A DNA stretch of 64,000 nt from Phycisphaerae bacterium (GCA_963666835.2 CAXXGO010000001.1:832001-896000), one strand, 5' to 3'; numbered from the stretch's first letter, positions 9,805 to 20,553 are shown. Numbers and translations: made by a program. Notes: a model not told the origin generated them from the sequence alone.

Positions 9805-11355
9805 ATGCTGCCGCCTTATCGACCGGAACCCTATGTTGATTTCAATCAGGATGAACCACGCACGAAGATGCTCGCCGCCTTGAAGCAGGTGGAGGGTGAG
9901 CTGGGCCGCACCTATCCTCTGTGGATCAACGGTGAGGCGGTCACGCCGGCGGAGACTTTTTCGTCGACCTCCCCGGCCGATCCGACCCGGGTAATCGGGA
10001 CCGTGAGCAAGGCTAATGCCGACCTGGCGGATCGGGCGGTGCGCTCGGCGGCCGAGGCTTTCAAGACCTGGAGTCACTATGACCCCCATGCCCGAGCACG
10101 GATCATAATCAAGGGGGCGGCGATTGCCCGTCGTCGCATCTACGAGCTGAGCGCGTGGATGTGCTACGAGGAGAGCAAGAGCTGGATCGAGGCCTACGCG
10201 GACACTTGCGAGGCTATCGATTTCATGGACTTCTACGGTCGCGAGATGATGCGGTTGGCGGGCTCGCATCCGGTAACGCCGTACCCGGGCGAAGAGAATG
10301 ACTATCGCTATATACCGCTCGGTGTCGGAGTGGTGATTCCGCCTTGGAACTTCCCGCTGGCTATCTGCTGCGGAATGACTACCGCGGCGCTGGTTACGGG
10401 TAACACGGTGTGTCTCAAGCCGGCCAGCACCTCGCCGGTGGTCGCGGCCAAACTGGTCGAGATCCTGCACCAGGCGGGGCTTCCCAAGAACGTGTTGAAT
10501 TTCGTACCGGGCCCCGGTGGTAGCGTCGGGGATGTCATGGTTTGTCACCCGCTCACCCGGTTTATCTCTTTTACGGGTTCGCGCGAGGTCGGCACGGGCA
10601 TCTTCGAGAAAGCCGCCAAGGTCCAGCCCGGACAGATCTGGCTGAAGCGCACCGTTTTGGAGATGGGCGGCAAGGACTGCATCATGGCCGACGAAACCGC
10701 CGACGTCGATGCGGTGGCGGAGGGTGCCGTGGCTTCGGCATTTGGTTTCCAGGGTCAGAAGTGCTCGGCGTGCAGCCGGCTCATTCTCCACAAGGACATT
10801 TACGACGCCGTGCTCGAGCGCGTTGTGGCCCGGTCTCGAGAGTTGACCGTCGGTGATACCGTCGGTCCGAACAACCTGAACATGGGGGCGGTCATCGATA
10901 AGTCCGCTTACGACAAGATCAACGAGTACATCGGGATCGGCAAGGGTGAAGGTCGCATGGTGCTCGGGGGCGGCGACGTTCCGGCCAACGGTTTCTTCGT
11001 GCCGCCGACGATCATCGCCGACGTGAAGCCCAACGCCCGAATCGCTCAGGAGGAGATCTTCGGCCCGGTGCTGGCAGTCATTCCTTGCGGCAGTTTCGAC
11101 GAGGGACTGGAGATTGCCAACGGGACCGAGTACGGGCTGACCGGCGGGTGCTTCTCGCGGGACCGTTCCCGGCTCGAGCGGGCTCGGTATGACTTCCACG
11201 TAGGCAACCTGTACCTGAACCGCAAGTGTACCGGGGCGCTGGTCGATGTGCAGCCCTTCGGCGGATTCAACATGTCCGGCACGGACTCCAAGGCCGGCGG
11301 ACGCGATTACTTGCAGTTGTTCATGCAGGGCAAGAGCATCACCGAACGTCTCTGA
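9805..11355 (+). CDS. pruA: L-glutamate gamma-semialdehyde (1-pyrroline-5-carboxylate) dehydrogenase
   Basis: PPWNFP, FTGS, LEMGGKD, FGFQGQKCSACSR, EEIFGP, GNLYLNRKCTGA..QPFGG. AAGGA RBS before ATG 9805. Confidence 0.92.
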   Translation: MLPPYRPEPYVDFNQDEPRTKMLAALKQVEGELGRTYPLWINGEAVTPAETFSSTSPADPTRVIGTVSKANADLADRAVRSAAEAFKTWSHYDPHARARIIIKGAAIARRRIYELSAWMCYEESKSWIEAYADTCEAIDFMDFYGREMMRLAGSHPVTPYPGEENDYRYIPLGVGVVIPPWNFPLAICCGMTTAALVTGNTVCLKPASTSPVVAAKLVEILHQAGLPKNVLNFVPGPGGSVGDVMVCHPLTRFISFTGSREVGTGIFEKAAKVQPGQIWLKRTVLEMGGKDCIMADETADVDAVAEGAVASAFGFQGQKCSACSRLILHKDIYDAVLERVVARSRELTVGDTVGPNNLNMGAVIDKSAYDKINEYIGIGKGEGRMVLGGGDVPANGFFVPPTIIADVKPNARIAQEEIFGPVLAVIPCGSFDEGLEIANGTEYGLTGGCFSRDRSRLERARYDFHVGNLYLNRKCTGALVDVQPFGGFNMSGTDSKAGGRDYLQLFMQGKSITERL

Positions 11356-11431
11356 TTCGTTCACGCGACGTTCGAACGCATGATCGTTCAGTAAGACCCG
11401 TCCGGCGTAGGGGCGGAGTGCGGAGCGGGGC

Positions 11432-12103
11432 ATGCTTAATACGGCTTTCGAAGGGTTCACGCCAACGCCGCAAGATATGGAGTATCTGCTCCGTCTCGCT
11501 ACTGCGGTAGTACTCGGCGGGCTTATCGGCTTGGAGCGCGAGCTGCACGATAAGCCCGCCGGGTTTCGAACCATCATCCTCATCTCGGTGGGGGCGTGCG
11601 TCTTCACCATTCTGTCGCAGTTGGTCGGCGGTCCCGATTGGAACTCGACCCGCATCGCCGCACAGATTGTCACCGGGATCGGCTTCCTCGGCGCCGGGGC
11701 GATTCTGCGCGATCGGCACAGCGTGCTCGGGCTGACTACCGCGGCCACCATTTGGGCGGTCGCGGCCGTGGGTATGGCGGTGGGCTTCGGTCATTATGTC
11801 TTCGGCACCTTTGGGGCGGTGACCATTCTGGTCGTGCTGTTCGCCTTCGATGTGGTGGAAGACTGGATCGGCGACCTCCGCGACGTGCAGGAATACGATT
11901 TCTCCATCGCCAAGACGGACGACGTGATGGAACGCGTCTCGGCCGTGTTTGCCAAGGCCAAGCTCCACACCAAGAAACGCCACTGCTATGAAGAGGGCGA
12001 CCTGCTGGTCTTCAGGATCGTGGCCATGGGCGCCAAAACCAACCACGACACCCTCCGCCTGACCCTCGCCCAGTCCAACGAATACAAGCTGCGCCGATCG
12101 TAA
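11432..12103 (+). CDS. MgtC/SapB family membrane protein
   Basis: GGLIGLERE..KPAGFRT, RIAAQIVTGIGFLGAGAI, GLTTAATIW. Confidence 0.92.
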   Translation: MLNTAFEGFTPTPQDMEYLLRLATAVVLGGLIGLERELHDKPAGFRTIILISVGACVFTILSQLVGGPDWNSTRIAAQIVTGIGFLGAGAILRDRHSVLGLTTAATIWAVAAVGMAVGFGHYVFGTFGAVTILVVLFAFDVVEDWIGDLRDVQEYDFSIAKTDDVMERVSAVFAKAKLHTKKRHCYEEGDLLVFRIVAMGAKTNHDTLRLTLAQSNEYKLRRS

Positions 12104-12196
12104 CGACTAGTTTTCGAGGCGTCCCGAGGCGGCGGGAAAAAGGTGGTCGGCATGCCCGTGGGACAACCGGACATGCCAACCTTCTGCAGGGGACCG

Positions 12197-14590
12197 TTAT
12201 GGGCACATCGCCGGATCACTGAACGGATACGGCTCGCCCTTGAATCCTTGGACAATACGAGAGATGTCCGTCATATTGACGATCGTATTAGGTATCTCCC
12301 CGTCAAGATCCACCCAGGTAAAGTGCGGCGCCGTCGGCGCGTACTGGAATCTCTGAATCGCGGCCATGATGTCCTCCATCGTGACCAGCCCGTTGGGCGG
12401 ACCCCAAGTCCCCGCATCCATCGGACCGACCGTGTCCGCCCACAACTTCGGACTCGGCTCGGGAACGGTGTCTATCATTAGCGGCTCAGAGAGAATCACT
12501 TCGTATGCCATTGCCCGCACGGCGTAGGTGGCCGCCGGCACTATTTCACACGCTCCGACGTGAATCACCGGCTCCAACCAGTCGCGGGTCACCGGCTCGC
12601 TGGACAGTCGAGCCACCGCGTTGGCATCCGGCTCTCCCACCCAACCGAGTACCCCAACGGAACCCGGAAAGTGCGTACTGTCCGTCAGCTCTACCTGGTA
12701 GGCCACGCCTTCGGCACCGGCCGGATCGAACGAAATGTACCGGTTCTTCTGCACATTATGCGGCTCCGGAGCCGCGGAGGGCGGCACGACTTCACACTCG
12801 TCCGGCACCCCGTTGGCGTTCTCGTCCTGCGAGGTTCCGCCGGATATATCACAGGCATCAACAAGCCCGTTGCCGTTGCAGTCGTCGTAATCGCCGGCCG
12901 GACCCAGATCGCATTCGTCCGGCACGCCGTTGCCGTTGCAGTCTTCGCTCGTCGAGCCGGCGATATCGGTTTCGTCGTCGATCCCGTTCCCGTTGCAGTC
13001 CCCGGCGTGCGCCGCGACGGCATTAATGACGCCGTATCCGCGCACATAAGTGGGCTCGAACGTCCCGTTGGCAACATAATAGTCGGCCGTGTGGAAGAGA
13101 TGGGCGCGAAGTTGGTCAACCGTCCACGTGGGATGAGCCTGGATCAGACAAGCCATTGCTCCGGCAACCAATGGAGCCGCAAATGACGTTCCGTTCGAAT
13201 CCGTGTAGCCCAGATCGTCGAACGGGTCCACCGTTCTTGTAGCGACTCCCCGAGCCAGTACTTCGGGCTTAACCCGCCCATCGGCTGTAGGACCATCCGA
13301 GCTCGATCCGGCGATGTTCCCGTGACCATCCACCGAACCGCAGGCGATCATCTTGAAGGCATCCCCCGGCACGTCCAGGTGCCAGGTTGTCGGATCGGCG
13401 TCGTGCCCCGCGTTACCGCCGGACTTGCAGCAGTGCATACCGTTGGCCGAAGCAATGTTGACGCCGATGGTGGTTACCGCCGTCAAGCCGTCGTAGTCCT
13501 CCGGCGTATACCAGTCGAGGTACCCCAGTGACGACGTGAACATATCCGCGCCGTTGGTCTCCACGAACTCCAGCGCGGCGACGAAATTGTCTTCTTCGCC
13601 GGGGTACTCGTCGGACTCGTCCTCGGTTTTGCAGAGAATGAACGAAGCGTCGAACGCTCCTCCGATGTACTCCCCAGGGCGATACCCTCCGAGAATCCCC
13701 AAGAGCTTCGTACCGTGGCTGTGTTCGGCGGGTAGGTCGCCGGGATCGATCCCGACATTGCCGTCATCGTGGACGAAGTCCCACTCCGCCAGCACCGTCA
13801 CCGGCTTGACCGGGTCGTTGAAGACCGCATGGGTGGTCTCGCAGCCGGAGTCTATAATCCCCACCACCACTCCCGCGCCGGTGTAGCCGAGGTCGTGCAG
13901 AGCAATCAGGTTGATTTGGGCCAGTTGATTTGTAGCCTCACCGTAGTCCAAGGACCGCGAAGAAACGGAATGGTCACTCGCCGCCGTAGCGACTTTCCCA
14001 GCGGCGTTCTCTGAATCCTCTGGGGCACGCCGGACCCCGCGGCGGACCGGCTGAATGATCTCGACATACGGTAGTTCAGAGATCTCCGCGACCTGCTCGG
14101 CCGTCGCGCGGATGCTCACCGCGTTGAGCCACCTGCTGGTAACGTGTACTTCAACTCCAGTCGCCGTGACCCCGGCGATGTATGCCTCGTTGACCGGCAG
14201 ATCATGCCAGTCAAACAGACCGGGTCGGTTACGCCGCGCTTGCCGCCGCGCAACGGTCCGAGGATTAGAGGTCCTCTCCACCTCAGCGATAGCCGCGTCA
14301 TACGCCCGAGCTGATTCGAACCCCTTGTCCGCGAACATCACCCAGACTTTGGCGGTTTCATCGGCGGAGCCTCGGCCGAACAGGCTAGCGGTTGCGGGAT
14401 GGCCCCGCGACTCGTTCCAAGCCTGCCCGGCCGGGCTCACGCTGACTACCTGCCTCCCGTGGGAGGCTGAAACGCCGTCCGGGAGCCCTCCTGATGAACT
14501 CGCGGCGCAGGCGTGAAGGTCGACGAAACCGGTGGTGGCCATGTACAACGCGAGCGCACGTACAGCGAACTGTGGTAGTGGTCGGAACAT
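12197..14590 (-). CDS. Secreted S8 (subtilisin-like) serine peptidase with DCNGNG repeats and a conserved C-terminal domain
   Basis: IIDSG, HGT, GTSFAAP catalytic motifs; I9-like propeptide (SRWLNAVS); Cys/Asp repeats. Confidence 0.9.
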   Translation of the reverse strand: MFRPLPQFAVRALALYMATTGFVDLHACAASSSGGLPDGVSASHGRQVVSVSPAGQAWNESRGHPATASLFGRGSADETAKVWVMFADKGFESARAYDAAIAEVERTSNPRTVARRQARRNRPGLFDWHDLPVNEAYIAGVTATGVEVHVTSRWLNAVSIRATAEQVAEISELPYVEIIQPVRRGVRRAPEDSENAAGKVATAASDHSVSSRSLDYGEATNQLAQINLIALHDLGYTGAGVVVGIIDSGCETTHAVFNDPVKPVTVLAEWDFVHDDGNVGIDPGDLPAEHSHGTKLLGILGGYRPGEYIGGAFDASFILCKTEDESDEYPGEEDNFVAALEFVETNGADMFTSSLGYLDWYTPEDYDGLTAVTTIGVNIASANGMHCCKSGGNAGHDADPTTWHLDVPGDAFKMIACGSVDGHGNIAGSSSDGPTADGRVKPEVLARGVATRTVDPFDDLGYTDSNGTSFAAPLVAGAMACLIQAHPTWTVDQLRAHLFHTADYYVANGTFEPTYVRGYGVINAVAAHAGDCNGNGIDDETDIAGSTSEDCNGNGVPDECDLGPAGDYDDCNGNGLVDACDISGGTSQDENANGVPDECEVVPPSAAPEPHNVQKNRYISFDPAGAEGVAYQVELTDSTHFPGSVGVLGWVGEPDANAVARLSSEPVTRDWLEPVIHVGACEIVPAATYAVRAMAYEVILSEPLMIDTVPEPSPKLWADTVGPMDAGTWGPPNGLVTMEDIMAAIQRFQYAPTAPHFTWVDLDGEIPNTIVNMTDISRIVQGFKGEPYPFSDPAMCP

Positions 14591-15335
14591 GATGGTTTCC
14601 TAGACTGACAATCCCAAACGGGATCGATTGCCGGGACGCGCCTATCCCGGAATTCACTCGCCCCGCTGAACGTCACCGCAGTATTGCTGCCACGGCTTGG
14701 CCATGCGGAAAGCTCCCCATAAAAACTCTAACCGAGATGCCGTCATTTGGCACGAGTTTTTATGTAAGGATTCGTCATAGAAGCTCTGTGCCTTCGAGCG
14801 AGCTCTTAAGACAAGAAACCCCTGCGCTGTTGCACCAACAGCGGGGCCGTCGACACTTCGATGAGCTGAAACTCCGGTACCGATGCCGGACGAACGGAGG
14901 GGGGGCGTGGTGGCAGAAGCAAGCTCCTACCGGCCACGCCCCCGGATGAGATAACCTCGATCCTAGCGAGCGACAAGCTCCTACTTCAAGAGGTGTTTCG
15001 TAAGGACTTGTCGCCAAGGGAAGACCCTCACCACGCGATGGGGGCGGCGCGGACGGCAGTGAGCATGTGATTGCCCAAAAAAGTCAACCTAAGAGCCCTA
15101 AACGCCGTTTCCAGCGATCCGCTGAGTAAGCTGTGCTCTCTCCGAAAACGCTGCCGTTTGGCTGCCGGTTCGGACCCTCGGCAGGGTTTCCCCGCCGGGG
15201 CCCGGTGTATTGCTGGGGAACGCGTTTCCGGTACATCCGGTCCGCCCGAAATGTGCCGGGCGTTCCACAATCACGTTCGGAAAAGGCGGGATTGCGTTGC
15301 TGTGCCTGCCGGACGCACCTCGCGCAGCATTTGCG

Positions 15336-15875
15336 TTAACGAAGGGCCTTGAGCCCGGCCGCCGCCCGCATTTGGTTCACCCGCTCCCAGAGCTTGGGGT
15401 CCTGACCGAAGAAGCTGATAAGGTGACCGGTGGTCAGCCCGAGATGCTGAGCCGTATCCCGGGCACCGGCCCCACAGGCCAAAAAGACATCCAGCACTTC
15501 CCGGACGACCTGACAGTAGCGATGATCACGCCGCCCCACATTAAGCCGCCCGTCACGTCCAATAAACGAGGCCAGCAGCTCGCTGGCCGAATAGCGCTCG
15601 AGATCCACCGGCGTCCGGAGTTGCAGGGCGATAGTCCCACGGAGCCGGCGCAGTGCCCGGATACGGTTGACGTGTTGGGACCGGTCCTCCGCGGCCGTCG
15701 TCGCTAAACCCGTCGGGAGGTGACGCAGGCGAACGGCAGAGCTGGTCTTGTTCCGCTTCTGCCCCCCCGGGCCCTGAGCCCGATAATGATCCACTTCGCA
15801 TTGCCTGATGAGGACGTCGTCCTCAAGGGCCAGCAATTGCTCGACCGAAGTGCCCTGAGTTTCTTCCATAGTCAA
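15336..15875 (-). CDS. Peptide chain release factor-like protein (isolated GGQ domain plus C-terminal extension)
   Basis: GPGGQKRNKTSSAVRLRHLPTG...RSQHVNR. Lacks codon-recognition domains. Confidence 0.85.
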   Translation of the reverse strand: MTMEETQGTSVEQLLALEDDVLIRQCEVDHYRAQGPGGQKRNKTSSAVRLRHLPTGLATTAAEDRSQHVNRIRALRRLRGTIALQLRTPVDLERYSASELLASFIGRDGRLNVGRRDHRYCQVVREVLDVFLACGAGARDTAQHLGLTTGHLISFFGQDPKLWERVNQMRAAAGLKALR

Positions 15876-16115
15876 ACCCCGTTATCGGTCCCGTCCGGGG
15901 AATCGTTGACGTCCGGCCTGGACGGCGCCACGCCGGGGACCGCAGCTCGCCAGGACAACCCGTTCCGGACTCCGTGTAAGGCTGCTGCGAAGATCCATGG
16001 TCAAAGCCCGCTTCCGAGCAAGCTCGACCCGCAAGTCGACTATCAGCCAAACCGATAACTCAGCAGAGAGTATAGAACCAGAATCCACCTTCAGGTACCG
16101 GTCTTGGAGATCACA

Positions 16116-17966
16116 ATGAACCGCGTGATCATGAAATGGTTTACCCTTGCCGGCGTGGCCCTTGCCGTTATTCTCGGCTGCGATTCCGTTATCAACCACA
16201 TCGTGGAGGAGTCCACTGACGGGAGCGGCGAACGCGAGAGCCACTTCGCCGTCGTGGATAGCGCGTTCTCCACCGCCCCCGTCTCTCCCGGAGGCACCGG
16301 CGGAGTCGCTGCGGAAGAAGGCGAGGTCGTCGGCGATGAGACGCGCAGCTTCTTCACGGCTTATCAGATCGACCCCGAGGCCGAAGACACTTCCGGACCC
16401 AAGTTCGTGGTCTCGGCCGACGTTGATCGAGACGGCCTGCTCGATCTGGTCAGTGGATGGAACCAATCCCAGCCGGTCCAGTTGCACCTGCAACGTCGCG
16501 ACGCCGAGGACAATATCTCGTTCCGTACGATCACCCTGGCGGGTACGAGTCCGGTAGCCGTGATCGCGGGCGTTGAAGTGGGGCAAATCAACGACGACAA
16601 CGGTGACGGCACCATCGACGACGATGATTGGCTGGACGTGGTCGTGTTATCGAAGACCACGGGAGCTACCACGTGGTGCCCGACCGCGCCACCGTCACTT
16701 ATCGGCGTCTTGAACGGCCAGATCATCGTTTATTTCAGCCCGGCCAATAGCGGCCTGATCGCCGACGGCGCGCAGTGGGAGCAGATGCTGCTGGTCAACC
16801 CGTTTGTGCGCGATCCGTGGGTGTACAACCAGTTCCCCGGTCGCGAGGACGAGGACTTCGAGGTGATGAAGACGCAGCCGGAATGGGGCGGATTCACCGC
16901 GTTGGCCGTGGCCAACGTCGACGGGCAACCCGGTGACGACATCATCGTGGCGATCAACCCGGGGGAGTGCAAGGAACTCGGGCAGGAGCCGCCGATCAAC
17001 ACCGTGGATCTCTGGACCAACCCCGGACCCGGTTTGGCGGAGAGCTCGGAGCTTTGGGGAGCACCTCCGCCGGACACGCAGTCGCGTAACGTACCGATCA
17101 GCCTTATGGGCGACGCCCCGCCGATCAAGGACATCGCGGTGATGGACGTTGACAACGACGGCGACCTGGACGTGATCGCCACGTATACCACTTCGATCAG
17201 CCTGAATGTCCGCTGGGCTCGCAACCCGTTAATAGCCCACACCGCGGGAGGCCCGGACGGATACGACGAGGTTATCGACGGGGCCAGCGACGGATGGCGC
17301 TTCTACGCCAGCGGATGGGAAGAACGACCCATCGGACAGGTCGACCCCGGAGCGGACATGCTGGACATCGGTGATCTCGACAACGACGGTTTCGACGACA
17401 TCATCGTCCGGTCCACTTTGGGCCAGCTCGTCCAGTGGTTCCGGCATCCCAACGATCTGACCGTCCAGCCTGAGTTCCCGCCCGGAGGAACCGCCCCCGA
17501 CCGCCCGGCCGACTCGACCATGGGCCGGTACAACTTCGTCTGGCCGGTGTTCACGCTCACGGAATTCGACGGACAGGAACCCGAGGCCTTCGCCATCGGC
17601 GACGTAACCGGAGACGGCAAGGTCGAGATGGCCATCGCCGCCGAGGGGGCCGTCTTCTGGTATGACGGCAGCGTCGGGGAAACCGTCTACGACCCGTGGA
17701 CGTCCAACACGATCATCCAAGACTCCCCGGTCGACGCCGCCGACGCCACCGTAGCCCCGACGTCTATCGCGGGCGCCGGTGTGGGTGTCACTGCCGTGGA
17801 TACGTCCACGAGCATCAACGAGTTGCTCATCGTAGACCTCGACGCCGACGGTCGGAATGACATTGTGGGTACGCTGGACCGCCGTAGCGGCGCCGGCCTG
17901 AGCGATGACCGTCTGGTCTGGTACCGCAATACGAAAACCGAGGAGGAACCGGTCGCCGGCAACTGA
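16116..17966 (+). CDS. FG-GAP/VCBS repeat lipoprotein (beta-propeller)
   Basis: Lipobox-like ILGC; repeated D.D.DG..D motifs. Confidence 0.8.
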   Translation: MNRVIMKWFTLAGVALAVILGCDSVINHIVEESTDGSGERESHFAVVDSAFSTAPVSPGGTGGVAAEEGEVVGDETRSFFTAYQIDPEAEDTSGPKFVVSADVDRDGLLDLVSGWNQSQPVQLHLQRRDAEDNISFRTITLAGTSPVAVIAGVEVGQINDDNGDGTIDDDDWLDVVVLSKTTGATTWCPTAPPSLIGVLNGQIIVYFSPANSGLIADGAQWEQMLLVNPFVRDPWVYNQFPGREDEDFEVMKTQPEWGGFTALAVANVDGQPGDDIIVAINPGECKELGQEPPINTVDLWTNPGPGLAESSELWGAPPPDTQSRNVPISLMGDAPPIKDIAVMDVDNDGDLDVIATYTTSISLNVRWARNPLIAHTAGGPDGYDEVIDGASDGWRFYASGWEERPIGQVDPGADMLDIGDLDNDGFDDIIVRSTLGQLVQWFRHPNDLTVQPEFPPGGTAPDRPADSTMGRYNFVWPVFTLTEFDGQEPEAFAIGDVTGDGKVEMAIAAEGAVFWYDGSVGETVYDPWTSNTIIQDSPVDAADATVAPTSIAGAGVGVTAVDTSTSINELLIVDLDADGRNDIVGTLDRRSGAGLSDDRLVWYRNTKTEEEPVAGN

Positions 17967-18351
17967 CGGTGGCTCCACGGAGACCCGGCGTCTCGCTCGG
18001 AAAAGGCAACCGCGTGTTCGGCGAAACCTGCCGGCTGACGACCCGTTTCCGGTAGACCCGATCGCACCTTGAATGCGGTAACGCTTCCTCGGCGAAGAAC
18101 GTTCATGCGTTCTCGCAGCGCTGCTCTGTGCCCGCGAATCTCCCACCGCGCGGGCCGTGTAAGCAATCTTCCGCCTCGATTCCCCCTGATCTGAGGTTTC
18201 TGTTCCGTTTTGGGGCCGTTTTCGGTACTCTGGTGGGGCTCAACGGAATGCCCGGTGAGGATGTTCATCCCCGGGTGGGATGATGTTATCGGGCCGGACC
18301 GGCGGATTCATGCTGGGATAGCCGGCGAAATACGTGGCGGAGGGGGATCGT

Positions 18352-20553
18352 ATGAAGAAGGTGATCGTCGGGTCAGTTCTAACCGCTTTGGCTCTTCTGG
18401 CGGGCTCGAGCTACGGGCAGATCTACAACGGAACCCCCGATTGGATCTCGACGGACACTCCGATCAGCACCGGAGGGACCTTCGTCGATCTCGATCAGGA
18501 CGGCTGGCTCGATTTCGTGGTGGCCAACGGTAATGACATCTATCGCCAGAGGTTGGTCGTGTATTACGGCAACGGTGACGGCACGCTGCCGCTGACACCG
18601 GACTGGCAATCGGATGACGACGAATACAACGGCCATCTCGCCATCGCTGACGTGGACGGGGACGGCTGGCTGGATGTGGCCGTGGGCCTGACAATGGCCG
18701 ATGCCGGCACGGCGACCGCTCGCGTGTATCTCAACAACGAGGGCACGCTTTCGACGTTGCCGGATTGGGAATCGCACGACGAGCTCGCGGGTTTTCAGGT
18801 GAGCTTCGGCGACGTCAACGGCGACGGTCGCCCGGACTTGGCCGTCGGCACGAGTTGGCCCTACAGTAACCCGCACCCCTGGCACAACTACGTTTACATG
18901 AACATCGACGGTGCGTTGGAGGCGACGCCCTCGTGGGTCTCGGACGACACGTGGGATATCGGCGACGTGCTGTTTTGCGATGTGAATCGGGACGGCTGGT
19001 TGGACTTGGTTGCGGTCGGCGAGGGCACGGACACCTGGGTGTATTTGAACTCGGCGGGTACGCTCGCGACTACCGCCACCTGGCACACGACGGACTCGCC
19101 GACGCAGTTCTCAGTGATGGGAACCTACGGAGACGTAGACGCCGACGGCTGGATGGATCTGTTCACGACGGACAATACCCAGCTTGCGGGCGACGGCTAC
19201 TTCCGCCGTTACGATGGGTTAATCGGCGGGCTGTTCACGACCACGCCGACCTGGTCGTATTATGAAGGATACGGTTCGGCGATAGCGCTGGCCGACGTCG
19301 ATGCGGACGGAGACTTGGACCTTGCCACGGGTGGATGGTGGGAGAATACGCGGCTGTTTATGAACTCCGGGGGTTTATATCCCGGTTCGCCGGACTACTC
19401 TTCGACCGGGACCAGTGTGGTCGAGACCATCTGCTTCGGTGATGTCGACCGTGACGGGTTGCGACGTCCGATCGAGTCGTTCGACGTGACGGCTACGCCG
19501 GGTCAGCATTTGTTCCATTTGGCGCATCAACCCGTAGAGCGCATCGAGTATGTCACCGTTGACGGAGCCCCGCTCGGTCCGGACGAGTACACGTTCGATC
19601 TGCTGCACGGCTGGCTCTCGGTAGGACCGGCCCCCACCGCGGCGGTCGAAGTACGGTATGTCTACTCGCTCAAGCCGGACATGGGCGTAACCAACTGGGA
19701 TGACTCCCGCGGCAACTACCTGTACTACAACTACAGCGGTGTGATCGGCTTCGGCGATTTCGAGGGCGATCAAGACGTCGATGTGGATGACTATGACGAG
19801 TTCGTCGGCTGTTTCACCGGTCCGGGTGGTGGTCCGCTTGTTCCGGACTGCGTGCCGGGGGATTTCGATTGGGACGACGACGTAGACTGCGACGACTGGG
19901 CCGAGTTCGCGGCGGCGTGGACTGCCGGCGGTTCCCCGCCCAGCTTCGCGGAGTGCCCGCTGGATGCTCCGCTACCGGCCCCGTACCCGCACAGTGTTCC
20001 TAAGAACCGGTATATCTCCTTCGATCCTAACGTCGGCGGCACCGCCGCCCTCAGGGTCGAGCTGACGGGAAGCGAGCTGTTCCCCGGCTCGACCGGTGTG
20101 GTCGGCTGGGTCGGCCTTCCGGACTTGCACGAGATCTCGCGTGTCGAAGACACGCCGGTGTTTTCCGCCGCCTGGCCGGCGTTGGTTCATGTGGGCGACT
20201 GCATGATTGTCCCGGCTTCAACGTATGAAGTCCGGTCGTCACCGGACGGGATCAGCTTCGGTGGTCCGCTGGAGTTGGTCACGGCCGCCAGCCCGACGCC
20301 GAAGTTGTGGGCTGACATCGTGGGCAATTTTGATGGCGCGGAATGGACCGCCCCTAACGGCACGTTGAACATGGACGACATCATGGCCTTCGTGCAGAAG
20401 TTCCAGGGGAACCCGACGGCCCCGCCGCTCACGCGGGTTGATGTGGACCCGGACCGGCCGAACGAGGTCGCGGGCATGACGGACCTTCAGCAGATTGTCA
20501 TCGCATTTAAGGGTGGTCCTTACCCGTTTAGCGATCCGGTGGATTGTCCATAG
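18352..20553 (+). CDS. Secreted FG-GAP repeat protein with dockerin-like motif and conserved C-terminal domain
   Basis: Signal peptide MKKVIV..., about 7 D(V/L)DxDGWLD repeats, C-terminal domain homologous to that of the S8 peptidase. Confidence 0.85.
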   Translation: MKKVIVGSVLTALALLAGSSYGQIYNGTPDWISTDTPISTGGTFVDLDQDGWLDFVVANGNDIYRQRLVVYYGNGDGTLPLTPDWQSDDDEYNGHLAIADVDGDGWLDVAVGLTMADAGTATARVYLNNEGTLSTLPDWESHDELAGFQVSFGDVNGDGRPDLAVGTSWPYSNPHPWHNYVYMNIDGALEATPSWVSDDTWDIGDVLFCDVNRDGWLDLVAVGEGTDTWVYLNSAGTLATTATWHTTDSPTQFSVMGTYGDVDADGWMDLFTTDNTQLAGDGYFRRYDGLIGGLFTTTPTWSYYEGYGSAIALADVDADGDLDLATGGWWENTRLFMNSGGLYPGSPDYSSTGTSVVETICFGDVDRDGLRRPIESFDVTATPGQHLFHLAHQPVERIEYVTVDGAPLGPDEYTFDLLHGWLSVGPAPTAAVEVRYVYSLKPDMGVTNWDDSRGNYLYYNYSGVIGFGDFEGDQDVDVDDYDEFVGCFTGPGGGPLVPDCVPGDFDWDDDVDCDDWAEFAAAWTAGGSPPSFAECPLDAPLPAPYPHSVPKNRYISFDPNVGGTAALRVELTGSELFPGSTGVVGWVGLPDLHEISRVEDTPVFSAAWPALVHVGDCMIVPASTYEVRSSPDGISFGGPLELVTAASPTPKLWADIVGNFDGAEWTAPNGTLNMDDIMAFVQKFQGNPTAPPLTRVDVDPDRPNEVAGMTDLQQIVIAFKGGPYPFSDPVDCP

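Noticed and set aside
9781..11751. 656-aa minus-strand ORF (and similar long antisense ORFs at 4085, 26109, 40544, 46140)
   Set aside because: Shadows of well-supported genes on the opposite strand in GC-rich DNA.
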